DNA from: Myxococcales bacterium UBA4248
GTDB taxonomy: Bacteria; Myxococcota_A; Bradymonadia; UBA4248
Reading direction: 5' to 3'
DNA length: 64,000 nt
Assembly (NCBI GenBank): GCA_002395385.1
Contig: DGWW01000147.1
Span: 1,214-65,213, forward strand
Positions 19,236 through 29,835 of this stretch are shown in pieces. The notes beneath the pieces were generated by a model. The model searched no databases, had not been told where the DNA came from, and worked only from the letters and a program-made list of their open reading frames with translations. Position 1 is the stretch's first letter. Each line of letters begins with the position of its first letter. A program made the position numbers and the translations under genes.

Positions 19236-21173
19236 CTAGGGTAAAAACCGAATATGCAAGCAGGAAATGCCTTGCGACTTCAAAATGGGCGAAGTTTGTT
19301 CAAAGAGTCCCCCGACATCCTCTTCGTGCACCATTTGAGGGAAAACCGCTGCCGTATAAATTTGTCGTACAAAACTGCGCAACACGAGCGAATTGGCTTT
19401 CTTTTTCTTAAGAAGCTCCCACATCCCCGCATAATGTTTTCTCATAGTCGCAACATTGCAGGAAAAAGCAGATTCCATTTTTTGAGAGGTTACAATCACT
19501 CTTGGATTATCCGGAACATCCGCAGGTGAGATGGGCACCCATCTGCCCTGAGTTTTGCCCCATAAATGCGGCATTCCCAATGTTCGACAGATGATCATTT
19601 CGTCCAATCGGAGCACCATTTTGCGCGTTTTCCACGTGTTCTGCAGTTCTTCGCGCGCCTGAATTTTAGATTCAAAATGCGCCTGATAGGTTTCAATTTC
19701 ATCACTCTGATCGCGCGCTCTAAAAGTGACAATTCGTATTTGATCATGCTTCTGCCCCTTTCGAATCAGGCGCCCGTTTCTCTGTTGGATCAGCACCGGA
19801 TTCCATGGCAAATCAAAATGTATGATTGCGCATGCCCTCTGAAAATTTTGTCCGCAGGAAAAGGCATCCGTACAAATCAATATTCGGGCCATTTTCTGCC
19901 CGGTTCTATCCCACCATTCAGGCATCTTCAGGTCGGGGTTGAACATCGCCATGAGCAAATTGGCATCGATTTCGTAATGATTTAACCGTGCAGTTCCCGA
20001 TGTGAGCAGCCCCACACGTCCCAATTCCGAAAGCGACTTCTCTAAAATGCGCGCAGTATCACAGTATTGTGTAAAAATGACGATCTGCTCATCCTCATCC
20101 ATCGTTCGAATCCATGCCTTGAGGCGATGCAGTTTTTCATCCGGTTCATGCTTGCAAATCCATTCCAATTCGTGAACAACAGAACCAATTTGATCCAGAA
20201 TCTCGTTTAGATGAAACTGCCCCGTCTGCACTTCCCGCGTTCCTTTGCCCAAAGGCAAACATAACTGCCTGCCCTCTATGCCCATCATTTTATAAAAAGC
20301 TTTGCGCGTCATCAGACGATCCTCCGGATTGAGCGCACAAATCCTATAAAACCTCGCAATTTTTTTAAGACTGCACAAACAGGCTTCGCGATGACTGAAC
20401 AGACGATGTAACAACAAATTCCGTATGAGATGCAGCTCCACGGCCCCAGTCGATGTCTGAACCAGCCACGGAACGGTCTGGATCTGTTCGATAACCCTTT
20501 GAATTCCTGATTGACATGGGCTGATTGCATACACAATCTCACAATTCTGACATCCGAACAGTCCCTCCGGCATGAGCCTCATCACCAGCGTCTGCGGACG
20601 AATGGCATTGGCAAAACTCCTCAGCCATGCATTATCCTTGATGCAATCGGGAAATCCGCACAATGACATGAGCGCCCTTAGATCTGCCCAGGACAGACTA
20701 ACCGGTGTTGCCGTAATCAGGCACACCCGATGGCGAGCAGTCCAGACGCGCAAATGGCGGTGACGAAGCGTTGCGGGATTTTTTAATAGATGCGCTTCAT
20801 CCAAAATCCATAGGCTGTCCGGCACTTTTGGACAGTCAATCCTCTCAAGACTCACCATCTGATAGGAATAGAATGAAGCTTCAACCCCAAATATCGTCAA
20901 TACCCTGCGCCAGTGATCCTGCAAATGCGCTGGCGCAGCAACGACAATGTGTACGTCCGGATTGGTTTGCATATACCACGCTGCAAGTGCGGACACGACG
21001 AATGTTTTGCCTGTTCCGGTGGACTCATCCACAAGAACTGCACGATGATTGCTCAGGATTTCACAGCATGCCTGTAACGTTCTTTGCTGAGGTACTGTCA
21101 GCAAATCAAGTATTTCTGCCCCAACGGGAGGTGGTGTTTCGCGGTCTTCCAGGTACTGTCGTATGCAATCCAT
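19236..21173 (-). CDS. SF2 (SNF2-like) helicase
   Basis: STGTGKT, DEAH, TATP, GQNFQ...FDLPWNP..QRNGRLIR.GQ. Confidence 0.85.
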   Translation of the reverse strand: MDCIRQYLEDRETPPPVGAEILDLLTVPQQRTLQACCEILSNHRAVLVDESTGTGKTFVVSALAAWYMQTNPDVHIVVAAPAHLQDHWRRVLTIFGVEASFYSYQMVSLERIDCPKVPDSLWILDEAHLLKNPATLRHRHLRVWTARHRVCLITATPVSLSWADLRALMSLCGFPDCIKDNAWLRSFANAIRPQTLVMRLMPEGLFGCQNCEIVYAISPCQSGIQRVIEQIQTVPWLVQTSTGAVELHLIRNLLLHRLFSHREACLCSLKKIARFYRICALNPEDRLMTRKAFYKMMGIEGRQLCLPLGKGTREVQTGQFHLNEILDQIGSVVHELEWICKHEPDEKLHRLKAWIRTMDEDEQIVIFTQYCDTARILEKSLSELGRVGLLTSGTARLNHYEIDANLLMAMFNPDLKMPEWWDRTGQKMARILICTDAFSCGQNFQRACAIIHFDLPWNPVLIQQRNGRLIRKGQKHDQIRIVTFRARDQSDEIETYQAHFESKIQAREELQNTWKTRKMVLRLDEMIICRTLGMPHLWGKTQGRWVPISPADVPDNPRVIVTSQKMESAFSCNVATMRKHYAGMWELLKKKKANSLVLRSFVRQIYTAAVFPQMVHEEDVGGLFEQTSPILKSQGISCLHIRFLP

Positions 21174-21181
21174 AGCTCACC

Positions 21182-24157
21182 TCATGCACAGCGAAGATGG
21201 GCACTTGCCATGTATTTTTCAATCAGCACATCAATCTGCTGTGTGACTGCGCTGCACTCTGACTTCATGGAGTGACATTGCTTAGAAAGTTCAATCATTT
21301 CCTTCACTTCATCGGATTGTGTGTCTTCCCCAAAACACCAGGGCAGCCCCTCAATGACCCAGGCAAAAAATCTTCGGTAATTGTTCTGGGCATGTTCCGC
21401 GCGACGACTACAATAATCACGGGCAAATGAAGAATTCAGATAGGCTGACAGGAGATACCCGACATCGCGCGATCTGACAGCAATGTAATAAACGGTATTC
21501 AATGGAATAATGCCGGATTCCTCCACGAAACACGCTTCAATCGTGTGTGCAATATCGCGCCAGACCACCTTCGGAAAGGCCAAATGATGCGACACACCAA
21601 ACAAAGAATGACTGCATTTGCGCCCAAGTCCCTTTCGTGCAAGCAATCCCTCCCTGTTCTGTTCAAACCAGCGCTCTGCACAAGGAGGCAATTGCCCAAG
21701 TACCTCCATTCCTCGATCAAATGCATGGGTAAACACAATTTCCCTTTCTGTTCGATACCCATACGCCCGAATATCAGCACCTCTCAACGCGGGATGTATC
21801 AGCATTCGCTCGATCTCAATCGGCTCAGAACGAGTTCTCATCCGCGCCAGCACCAAATGACCTGCAGCCATGGTCTCGGCGGGTATGAAGATGTCATTCG
21901 CCCCGGTACAGACACCTCTTTTCACTGTAAAAAAGTCGCCGATCGTACCATTCAGGGAAGACGGGTTCTTCAAAATGAGCTCCGGACGCGGCGATGGCTT
22001 TGTCTTCTGAGATACAAATGTCGGCTGTATTTCGGTCCTGCACAAAATCAAAGTTGTCGGATATGCAGCAGCCGCAAATGTATTGCATTTCGAATGAGAC
22101 AAATCCTGAATGGACATAATCACAGTATGCGAAGCAATATGGTTTCTGAAACTCTCATAGGACGGAGCATTGAATAATTTGTTCGGAACGATCATGGCAA
22201 TCAGTCCATTCGATCGCGCACATCGAATCGCTTTTTCAATAAAAAGCGCACTCACATCGGAGGATTGCGCTTTCGTCCCCCGAATGGGAATCGCCGTCTG
22301 ATAAAGCACACGAAGGGCATTTTGTGCAGAATCGGGCATGGTGTGCAGCGAAAACCACGGAGGATTCCCCAAAACCATATCAAAACCACCCTGCTCGAGA
22401 ATGTCCCCAAAATGAATTTCAAAACTGAATCCCGGAACAAGCCCAAACTCCAGATAATTCCTGAACTTAACCTTTTGTGCTTCGAGTACCGCCAGATGCT
22501 TCTGGTCCCGGACCGAAATCTGTGCTTTTCCAAACAACGCCCCTTGCACACTTCGGTACTGCCGGCATGCATCATCACACTGCGCAATCATCTGCGACAT
22601 CATCTGTGCGCTCATTCGCTGCAGATTCAGTTCGATCTGTTTGGCTAGTTTTTTCTTAGTTGGCCCCGACGAAAGCCGATAACGATGTTTCAGGTGACTG
22701 ATCTCCTGAATACATGGCAAATCGCGTTTAGGTACCCCCAGTATTTTTGCCAGCTGGCCACATTCGACCAGTGCATCACCACACTGAATGTTGACATCGA
22801 GATTTGGTAGTGAAGGAATATCCTCAGTCTTGTCAAAATATTGCATCAGCTCAAGCCATAGCCGCAGTTCACAGATTTGCCTGGCCGCTGGCACAATATC
22901 CACGCCGTACAAATTCCTCGATAAAATCTGCCTGGCTAAACTCCCCGCAGATTCCGCATGAGAATAGCGATTTTGCAATCCCGTTCGAATACGATGCAAA
23001 AGGCTCAGTGAACACTGCAAAAAAGAGCCGCTGCCAGCTGCCGGATCGAGAATCGATAGCTTCGAGAGCCGTTCTTCAATCTTTTGGGCTGCTTCCGGCC
23101 CAATATCACCATACGCATCCCTCAACAGAATCCCATCAATTTGTGCCTCCGACAACGCCGTTTCATTCCGGAACCATTGACGAAAGACATCCAGCACCAC
23201 CTTCCTCGCCATTGGAATCGGCGTATAGTAAGACCCTGTCGCATTTCGATTATCTTTGCGCATCAGGGTCTCAAACACATGACCGAGCATGAGCGGATCG
23301 AGCGACAAAGCATGATTCGACTGTGAATGATGGGTTGTCAGTGCATAACGGCCAAATAATTCCCCCAAAATTTCAATCCAAATCTCATTGGGCGCCGTCA
23401 AATGCGGAGAACGCAATTCATGCCCACCCGGCGTGAACAAACCGCCATTTAAAAATGGGATTTTTCCAAACTTGCGAACGCGCTGGGTACGCCTGTGTGG
23501 GGCACGATTGAGCGTCTCGAAAAAGAGCGGCTGCAAAAAATCACCATAGATGGATCCACCGCCATCCCGGCATTTGCGCGCCTCTGCAACCAAAAAATCC
23601 GATCGATTATCCAAAATCCCGCGAGCCTCAAGGAATGCCGTAAAAAACAACCTCAAAAGGGTATCCAATGCAAGCTGATGCCGGATTTCATGCGTATCAT
23701 TTGTAATATTCTGCCAACTTTCAGCGAGTTTGTGACAATAATGCTTAAAAGAAGCAACAAATTTCTGTTCCAAACGCCGTTTCCCAAATTTGCGATCGAG
23801 CTCAAACACAAATTCCAGATAGGTTGACAAATCTCCTAGTTCAGCCAATTCCTCATTATTTTCCCACGCCACATCGTTGGCCACAATGGGGGATGCATCA
23901 AACACTGACTGTGCATAGATATCGATGACACATTTACCCGGGTAATCGATGATCACAACCGAATCTGGGTGCGTTTGCAGAAATCGGTGAATTCGACTTA
24001 TGACTGGCGCCGCCTCAGCACCAAAGACATAGATCTCCATACACGTCCCAACGGCCTTAAATGCACTGACGACATTCGTAATTTCAGCCTCTGCCAACTC
24101 AACAATACTGGCATGCCATGCATTGCGGACAAAATCGACGAGCCCCTTGTGTTCCAT
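21182..24157 (-). CDS. Eco57I/TaqI-type N6-adenine DNA methyltransferase
   Basis: PFLNGGLF, GSYYTP, ILDPAAGSGSFL, GFDMVLGNPPW, TaqI_C-like KVVWRDIA. Confidence 0.88.
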   Translation of the reverse strand: MEHKGLVDFVRNAWHASIVELAEAEITNVVSAFKAVGTCMEIYVFGAEAAPVISRIHRFLQTHPDSVVIIDYPGKCVIDIYAQSVFDASPIVANDVAWENNEELAELGDLSTYLEFVFELDRKFGKRRLEQKFVASFKHYCHKLAESWQNITNDTHEIRHQLALDTLLRLFFTAFLEARGILDNRSDFLVAEARKCRDGGGSIYGDFLQPLFFETLNRAPHRRTQRVRKFGKIPFLNGGLFTPGGHELRSPHLTAPNEIWIEILGELFGRYALTTHHSQSNHALSLDPLMLGHVFETLMRKDNRNATGSYYTPIPMARKVVLDVFRQWFRNETALSEAQIDGILLRDAYGDIGPEAAQKIEERLSKLSILDPAAGSGSFLQCSLSLLHRIRTGLQNRYSHAESAGSLARQILSRNLYGVDIVPAARQICELRLWLELMQYFDKTEDIPSLPNLDVNIQCGDALVECGQLAKILGVPKRDLPCIQEISHLKHRYRLSSGPTKKKLAKQIELNLQRMSAQMMSQMIAQCDDACRQYRSVQGALFGKAQISVRDQKHLAVLEAQKVKFRNYLEFGLVPGFSFEIHFGDILEQGGFDMVLGNPPWFSLHTMPDSAQNALRVLYQTAIPIRGTKAQSSDVSALFIEKAIRCARSNGLIAMIVPNKLFNAPSYESFRNHIASHTVIMSIQDLSHSKCNTFAAAAYPTTLILCRTEIQPTFVSQKTKPSPRPELILKNPSSLNGTIGDFFTVKRGVCTGANDIFIPAETMAAGHLVLARMRTRSEPIEIERMLIHPALRGADIRAYGYRTEREIVFTHAFDRGMEVLGQLPPCAERWFEQNREGLLARKGLGRKCSHSLFGVSHHLAFPKVVWRDIAHTIEACFVEESGIIPLNTVYYIAVRSRDVGYLLSAYLNSSFARDYCSRRAEHAQNNYRRFFAWVIEGLPWCFGEDTQSDEVKEMIELSKQCHSMKSECSAVTQQIDVLIEKYMASAHLRCA

Positions 24158-24195
24158 GGTTCATTCTCCCTGATGTGTTTTGAGTCACACTCATT

Positions 24196-24223
24196 ATATG
24201 GGCAATTTTTGACAAAAACGGCC
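24196..24223 (-). promoter_or_regulatory. GGCC-N16-GCCCATAT motif
   Basis: atatgggcaatttttgacaaaaacggcc on +, about 39 nt upstream of the methylase start; 3 more copies in the window. Confidence 0.65.
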
Positions 24224-24256
24224 AAAAAAAATGCATCAGGGTACTTTTTTTTATTT

Positions 24257-24326
24257 GCCGGGCTTTTCGGCTTTGCCTCAATACGCCCGGCCGCGTCCGC
24301 TATTGCCGTGGGCAATACGCGTCCGC
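24257..24326 (-). repeat. tandem bulged-hairpin element
   Basis: gccgggc-tttt...aata[c]gcccggc and cgc-tattgcc-gtg-ggcaata[c]gcg. Confidence 0.8.
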
Positions 24327-24371
24327 CACCTTTTTGACTCACAGTTCACGATTTTTAGCCCGGAACAAAAT

Positions 24372-24400
24372 AAAAAAAACGCCCCGATTTGGGGCGTCTT
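24372..24400 (-). terminator. Rho-independent terminator
   Basis: acgcccc-gattt-ggggcgt with an A run on +. Confidence 0.7.
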
Positions 24401-24415
24401 CTCATTCTATTGCGT

Positions 24416-26179
24416 CTAATGAATGGGCTTTTCGGCGACAAAAATATTTTTAGGACTGGTCGCACCAAAGTAAGCACCTGGGAGTGAATAATCACCGCTC
24501 AATTCGACGACGCTAAATCCGGCTCGCATCAGTAATGCACGCATTTCAGTAATCGAGTAGAGCCTGATTTGAATCTTCTGTTCCCAGGGTGGACGCTTAG
24601 GATCATCAAATACGAAGGATCTCTGAACATTGAGGAAACCAGTCAATTGTTCAATATCAATTTCCTCGAGCAGCATGCACTCTTTGCCTTTCCACCATAA
24701 CCGCAAGGGAAGATCATCGACGATGAAATCGCGGTTCATGGTTTCAATGAGAAAGACACCACCCGGTTTAAGTGCATTAAAGATCCCCTGAAGGACTTTA
24801 AAGTTACTCAATTCGTCGAAATAGCCGAAGCTTGTATCGACATTGTAAATTGCATCAAAAATAGCCTTAAACGTCAGCTTTCTCATATCGCCGTGGACAA
24901 ACTTAATGGCTTGTCCTCTTGCCTGAGCATCGGCAAGTGCTTTTTTGAGCATGACCATCGAAAGATCGAGGCCGACCATATCAAACCCCTTCGAAGCCAG
25001 TTCAATGGTATGGCGACCATACCCACAGCACAGGTCGAGGACGCGCGCCCCCGATTCGATACCGAGACGATCGATGATAAATCTGGCTTCCCGGGCCGAC
25101 TGACGCGGCATACTCTTGGGAATAGTCCTGAAGTAGTCTTCATTAAATACTTTAGAATACCAATTATTATCGGGATGCTTAAAGGCAGCGAGATCTTTGC
25201 CTTCATCCAGTTTGCCGCCCGGTAGCAGATCGTTGATCGCATCCACGGTCATGACAAACTCGCCATCCTTAAGTACCCTGGCATTGGGCGCGGGTGCAGC
25301 TGCGACAGGAGGCATCGGCGGAAGCCCGGGCGGGCGTTTATTGGGCCCCGACTGAGGCGCGGCACTCACAGGAACGGACGTTCTTTCGGAAGAAGTTTCG
25401 GCCTCCAAAGCAGGCTTTTCAGAGGGAGCCGCAGGAACCTCAGGTAATCTTTCTGGTTTTTCTACTGGAATCGGTCTGAGTCCAGAATCCGTCTTTGCCT
25501 TTTCTTTCTCTGGCTTCGTTTTTTCCGATTTCGCCTTTTCCTTCAGCGTCTTATCGGTAAATTTCGTATCAAATGGTTTAATGGACGCTATCGGTTTGGC
25601 ATTCGAAATCGGTGTCGTTTCAGGAGCTTTATCGTCAGATGCTGTCGATTGGACTACCTCTTTTGCAGGTGCAGCTTCTTTCGCAGCGACGGGTTCTCTA
25701 ACCTGAATCTCTTTAGCCGTAGCAGCTTCTTCAGGTGTATCCGCCACAGGTTCTGTTTCTGCAAGTACAGTAGCTCTATCGAATCTCTGCGTGACTTCTT
25801 CTTCGATATCCGTATCGTCTTCCTCTTCATCCTCGATCGCAGCTTCGTCAGAGGTATCAGCCAAATCCCGATCGTCGGCTTCAGCTAGGGAGATCTCTTC
25901 CTTATCTGTCTCATTCCCCTTCGAAGCGTAATCCGATGCGCTGGCTGGTTCAAACCCCGGAGGCGGAGCGACAGCAGGAAGCGACGGATACGTTGCCAAT
26001 GCTTCAAAATTACTCGACGAAGTCAATATGTTGACCAGAGAGCGATTGACTGGTGACGAAGCCGTAGGAGGTGGCACAAAATCGTCGTCATCATCCTCAA
26101 GATCTTTAAGCAATTCTGCGGCATCTGGATCGTAAGAAGCATTGCCGGTATTAGCCATATCTTTGTTTTCCTTATCCAT
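24416..26179 (-). CDS. class I SAM-dependent methyltransferase with long acidic/Pro-rich N-terminus
   Basis: RVLDLCCGYGRH, GLDLS, GDMR, TSFGYF, LKPGG; about 330 aa low-complexity N-terminus. Confidence 0.85.
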   Translation of the reverse strand: MDKENKDMANTGNASYDPDAAELLKDLEDDDDDFVPPPTASSPVNRSLVNILTSSSNFEALATYPSLPAVAPPPGFEPASASDYASKGNETDKEEISLAEADDRDLADTSDEAAIEDEEEDDTDIEEEVTQRFDRATVLAETEPVADTPEEAATAKEIQVREPVAAKEAAPAKEVVQSTASDDKAPETTPISNAKPIASIKPFDTKFTDKTLKEKAKSEKTKPEKEKAKTDSGLRPIPVEKPERLPEVPAAPSEKPALEAETSSERTSVPVSAAPQSGPNKRPPGLPPMPPVAAAPAPNARVLKDGEFVMTVDAINDLLPGGKLDEGKDLAAFKHPDNNWYSKVFNEDYFRTIPKSMPRQSAREARFIIDRLGIESGARVLDLCCGYGRHTIELASKGFDMVGLDLSMVMLKKALADAQARGQAIKFVHGDMRKLTFKAIFDAIYNVDTSFGYFDELSNFKVLQGIFNALKPGGVFLIETMNRDFIVDDLPLRLWWKGKECMLLEEIDIEQLTGFLNVQRSFVFDDPKRPPWEQKIQIRLYSITEMRALLMRAGFSVVELSGDYSLPGAYFGATSPKNIFVAEKPIH

Positions 26180-26329
26180 GTCGTAAGCCTATTTGAGCAT
26201 GACGTCGATACGAGAAGTTACGCGAGACACGCACATCCATTCTAATGTGCTTTGGTAATCTAATCCAAAATCGAAAAAGAGAAAATAAATATATGAAAAA
26301 AGAAGGTTTAGCAGTCTTGCGAGCTTACC

Positions 26330-27175
26330 TTATTCCCAATTTCCCAAGGGACTTCCGTACTTGACCGACTCATTGGTATAGAGTTCTGAATTCGGCACAA
26401 AACCATCACTCTCGACCAAAATCACCACCGTGCTGCCAAGTTCAAAACATCCAATCTGATCGCCGGCAGAAATTTGCCACGGCGTAGACAGTTTGCGCAC
26501 AAACGGCGTTTTAAAGAGCGAACAGTTGGATTTGAACTCATCATAGAGAATGGAAATTTTACCCACGCAGGTTGCACCCACTTTGACGAGTGCACAACGC
26601 TTTCCCTTTGCTGTCAGCATAAACGAAGTCAGTCTTTCATTTGCAGGAAGGAGATCTTCTGCAAGCCAATAACCGAGCTTGTTAACGGGCAAAAGCCGCC
26701 CGGGTGCATAGCTCATATGTGTGATACACCCGGATGCAGGTGCATGAATGCGGTGATAGTTGGATGGAGACAGGTAAATGGTAAAGGCATAAGCATCCCT
26801 GAGCCACCCCGTCAATTCCTTGTCCTGAGTTGCCACGAGTTTATTCACATCATAAACCTGGCCCTTGGCCTCCAAAAGAGTGCCCTCACAAATACGGCCG
26901 CAATACGAAAGCGTTCCGTCAACCGGAGACACGAGATCATCCCCCGAGACAAGGCGCGCATGTTCCTTTAAAGGACGAGTAAAAAGCGCATTGAGCGTCC
27001 GGCAGTCCTTAAGAGAAAGTTGTGACTCTTCCATATTGAGCCTTGCGAAACTTGCAAAAGCTGAATTGACCGCATTTTGAATGGGGGCCGGGAAAGCATG
27101 CTCTGCAACGACCCCGAATGCCCTGCTTGCAATGGCAGATGGCAAAATATCCAATAATTTTTGGGCAAATCCCAT
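26330..27175 (-). CDS. psd: phosphatidylserine decarboxylase proenzyme
   Basis: FTRPLK, SPVDG, IYLSPSNYHRIHAP, NER, VGATCVG, FELGSTVV. Confidence 0.92.
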   Translation of the reverse strand: MGFAQKLLDILPSAIASRAFGVVAEHAFPAPIQNAVNSAFASFARLNMEESQLSLKDCRTLNALFTRPLKEHARLVSGDDLVSPVDGTLSYCGRICEGTLLEAKGQVYDVNKLVATQDKELTGWLRDAYAFTIYLSPSNYHRIHAPASGCITHMSYAPGRLLPVNKLGYWLAEDLLPANERLTSFMLTAKGKRCALVKVGATCVGKISILYDEFKSNCSLFKTPFVRKLSTPWQISAGDQIGCFELGSTVVILVESDGFVPNSELYTNESVKYGSPLGNWE

Positions 27176-27315
27176 TTTCGACTCCTGAAGGTATTATACA
27201 TGAACAACATGCCAATACGTAAATTGCAGTTTAATGCGATTTGCATGCAAGTGCAAATTCGTGGACTCACCCTAGCCCAACGAAACAGTTCGGCTGAATG
27301 GTTACCCCGATCATC

Positions 27316-27557
27316 GTTACTAATCAGCCGGGGCTCTGCCCATGGTGTACGCAAAGTTCGCAGATAATGCATTATATAAAGCCCGCAGAAAAAGAATGCG
27401 ACGGCCCTGAGCACCTCCCCCATCTCTCTACGGTATTTGTAGTGACTTTAGCCTCAGCCCTTACAAACCAGCTAACATTCGTACTAAAAAGTGAGCATCG
27501 ATAGATGCGAACAAATCCGTTTGTTAAAACCTACAAGGCTGGCGGCTGAGTAGTAAT
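27316..27557. mobile_element. MITE, TIR family A, with 8-bp TSD
   Basis: gttactaatcagccg ... cggctgagtagtaat; CGATCATC at 27308-15 and 27558-65. Confidence 0.8.
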
Positions 27558-27702
27558 CGATCATCAACGACTGTTCTCAGACACCTTTACAACCCTGTAA
27601 AAGCATGCTATAAAGGGTTGAGTTGGCGTGTGTAGAGCCTGACACACATAAAGTCATTACCAGCAATGAACAGCGAGAATAAAGGTCATTGAGGGAGTCA
27701 AT

Positions 27703-29517
27703 ATGCAGTTAAAGAATAAGTTTTTGGCAGTGGGTTGTATGGCAATTGCAACGATGGCGCTTGTGATTGGCAGTGCATGTAATGAGCATGAGATTGAGCC
27801 TTTTTCAAAATCTCTGAGCTCTGGTAAAAAACAAAGCACGAGCTCCGGTTCTGCCCGAAAGGTCGATATTCTATTCGTGGTTGACGATTCCAGTTCGATG
27901 CGTGAAGAGCAGAAGAGTCTCGACACAAACTTCGGACTTTTCCTTGAGAGGTTGGACGAAGCAGGTGCCGACTATCGTCTGGCCACAGTTTCGACCAGCT
28001 GGAACGGCACCGCAACCATGCCTTTCGTCACCAAAGCCCTCGACACTGGTAAAGACGTTTTGATGACTCCTTCAGCCGATCCCAATGCAGAAGTCATCAC
28101 CGAAGAGATGGTCAATCAAATCAAAAGTGATTGTGCGACCTATTTCAGCGGCGGCGGTAAGAATAAATCCCAAAAACCCAAGAACTGGATTGATTCGTCC
28201 GACTTTGATTCAGTCGATGATATCAAGAATATGTTCCGCTGCGAAGCCATTCTGGGTATTAATGGTAAAGCAACAGAAAAAGGCCTCGCGACGATGAGAA
28301 GTGCACTCGCCGGTGCACGTAATGTCGACAATGTCACGGACGAACTTACAAACTTTAAACGTCCCGGCTCGATTTTGACGATCGTGTTCGTCACCGACGA
28401 AAACGACTGCAGTGCCCTCCCCGGCGCCAACCTCGAACTCGATCTCTGCGAAAGCGATCGCAACATCACGGATAGTTGCGCCATGACCCGTGAAGACCGC
28501 GTCCGCGCAGATACCTCTACCCCCAACGTAACCAGAAGCGAATTGGTCCTGTCCGAAGGCCAGGTGCTTAGCTATAATGGTCAACAAAAGACACTGCGTG
28601 AATGGTGTGTCCAGGGCGACGAAGAAGCTTCCCAAGCCCTGCACGACTGCCTCGAAAAAGGCGAAGAATGCAGCGCAGCCCCTTACATTCTTTGCCCGCC
28701 AATTGAAGGCGATCCAGACGGCAAAACGAATTGCAAAGATAGACTCGAACCTCGAAAATCATTCTATGATTTCCTCATCGATTACGTCTCGACCAGCAAT
28801 GCTACTTATTACTATTCAGAGAATACCAATTCCTTCGCCTCACTGACAACCGGCCAGGAACACAAAGATCTCCTTACCTCAATGGCAAAATCCGATATCA
28901 TTATTGCCTCCATCATCAATCGTGACCAGGGCGTCCGATATAATGCGAAATTGGCTGAAAACTGGTGCGGTATCGGTACACAGGGCTATCGTTACCAGCT
29001 CTTCGCTGAAATGTTTGACAATGAACCCATCTACGCACCTATCTGCTGCAAAAATGAAGAATTCTCTGCAGAAAAGAAAGGTGATGTCTGCGATGCAAAA
29101 GCCAAAATCGGCGAAAACGGCGAATTCGGTCCCGTGCTCTCTGCTATCGGTAAACGAATCGGTGAAGCTGTCAATACCTTGTGTGCTGATGCCATCCCCG
29201 TTACCTGCGAACCCAGCCAATGCAAAGATAACTCCAAATCCTGCCCATGCCTCTATGGATGCAGCGAAAAAGGCTATTTCGCAAATACCGCCAACGAATA
29301 CCATCTCTGCAATGAATTCCAGTTCCTCGTCGGGACGGTTGACAAAGACGGTAACAATTACACAGCGTATCAGGAAGGTACCGAATATACCATCAACTAC
29401 GAATCGGCTTACTGTAAAACACGTACCGGTGCTCCCATTCAGATTAACATGATTAAAACCGAACCCGGCAAAGACCTCGTTTTCGAATATCCGAAACAAA
29501 CAACCGGTGGTAATTAA
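27703..29517 (+). CDS. Cys-rich VWA-domain lipoprotein (CglB/MtsD-like architecture)
   Basis: Lipobox GSAC; KVDILFVVDDSSSM (MIDAS DxSxS), VFVTDENDCS; many Cys. Confidence 0.75.
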   Translation: MQLKNKFLAVGCMAIATMALVIGSACNEHEIEPFSKSLSSGKKQSTSSGSARKVDILFVVDDSSSMREEQKSLDTNFGLFLERLDEAGADYRLATVSTSWNGTATMPFVTKALDTGKDVLMTPSADPNAEVITEEMVNQIKSDCATYFSGGGKNKSQKPKNWIDSSDFDSVDDIKNMFRCEAILGINGKATEKGLATMRSALAGARNVDNVTDELTNFKRPGSILTIVFVTDENDCSALPGANLELDLCESDRNITDSCAMTREDRVRADTSTPNVTRSELVLSEGQVLSYNGQQKTLREWCVQGDEEASQALHDCLEKGEECSAAPYILCPPIEGDPDGKTNCKDRLEPRKSFYDFLIDYVSTSNATYYYSENTNSFASLTTGQEHKDLLTSMAKSDIIIASIINRDQGVRYNAKLAENWCGIGTQGYRYQLFAEMFDNEPIYAPICCKNEEFSAEKKGDVCDAKAKIGENGEFGPVLSAIGKRIGEAVNTLCADAIPVTCEPSQCKDNSKSCPCLYGCSEKGYFANTANEYHLCNEFQFLVGTVDKDGNNYTAYQEGTEYTINYESAYCKTRTGAPIQINMIKTEPGKDLVFEYPKQTTGGN

Positions 29518-29532
29518 TCTTTCACTCGCATG

Positions 29533-29567
29533 AAAAGCCGCACTTTTTAAGTGCGGCTTTTTTTTTT
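29533..29567 (+). terminator. Rho-independent terminator
   Basis: aaaagccgcactt-ttt-aagtgcggctttttttt. Confidence 0.8.
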
Positions 29568-29615
29568 CAAAAAAAATCTTGCATCTGATCTCGAAAATAC
29601 TTAATAACACCTCTC

Positions 29616-29702
29616 GGAGGTGTGGCTGAGTGGTCGATAGCGGCGGTCTTGAAAACCGTTGAACCTTTACGGGTTCCGGGGGTTCGAATCCCTCTGCCTC
29701 CG
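29616..29702 (+). tRNA. tRNA-Ser(TGA)
   Basis: GGAGGTG acceptor, gcggt-cttgaaa-accgt anticodon arm, long variable arm, GGTTCGAATCC; CCA not encoded. Confidence 0.95.
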
Positions 29703-29835
29703 CTCAAAAAACCGGCATGTCAAATGTCGGTTTTTTTTTGCCCTGCTCATTTCCTGCAAAAAGATGAGGCGGATACAGTCGCATCGTGAATTCCTCTCAT
29801 CTGACATACGATGCTTCATCAGGCGGGTAATTCTC

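Noticed and set aside
19236-24157. DISARM or BREX system
   Set aside because: No drmA/B/C, pglZ or brxC in the window.
24196-24234. Sigma54 promoter reading of the repeated motif
   Set aside because: The GG-N10-GC spacing is not met.
29616-29760. tRNA-anchored genomic island (also considered for tRNA-Val)
   Set aside because: No integrase and no duplicated tRNA 3' end seen.
29659-29835. ORF-track N-terminal extension of the HEAT protein
   Set aside because: Overlaps tRNA-Ser and its terminator; start reassigned to 29836.
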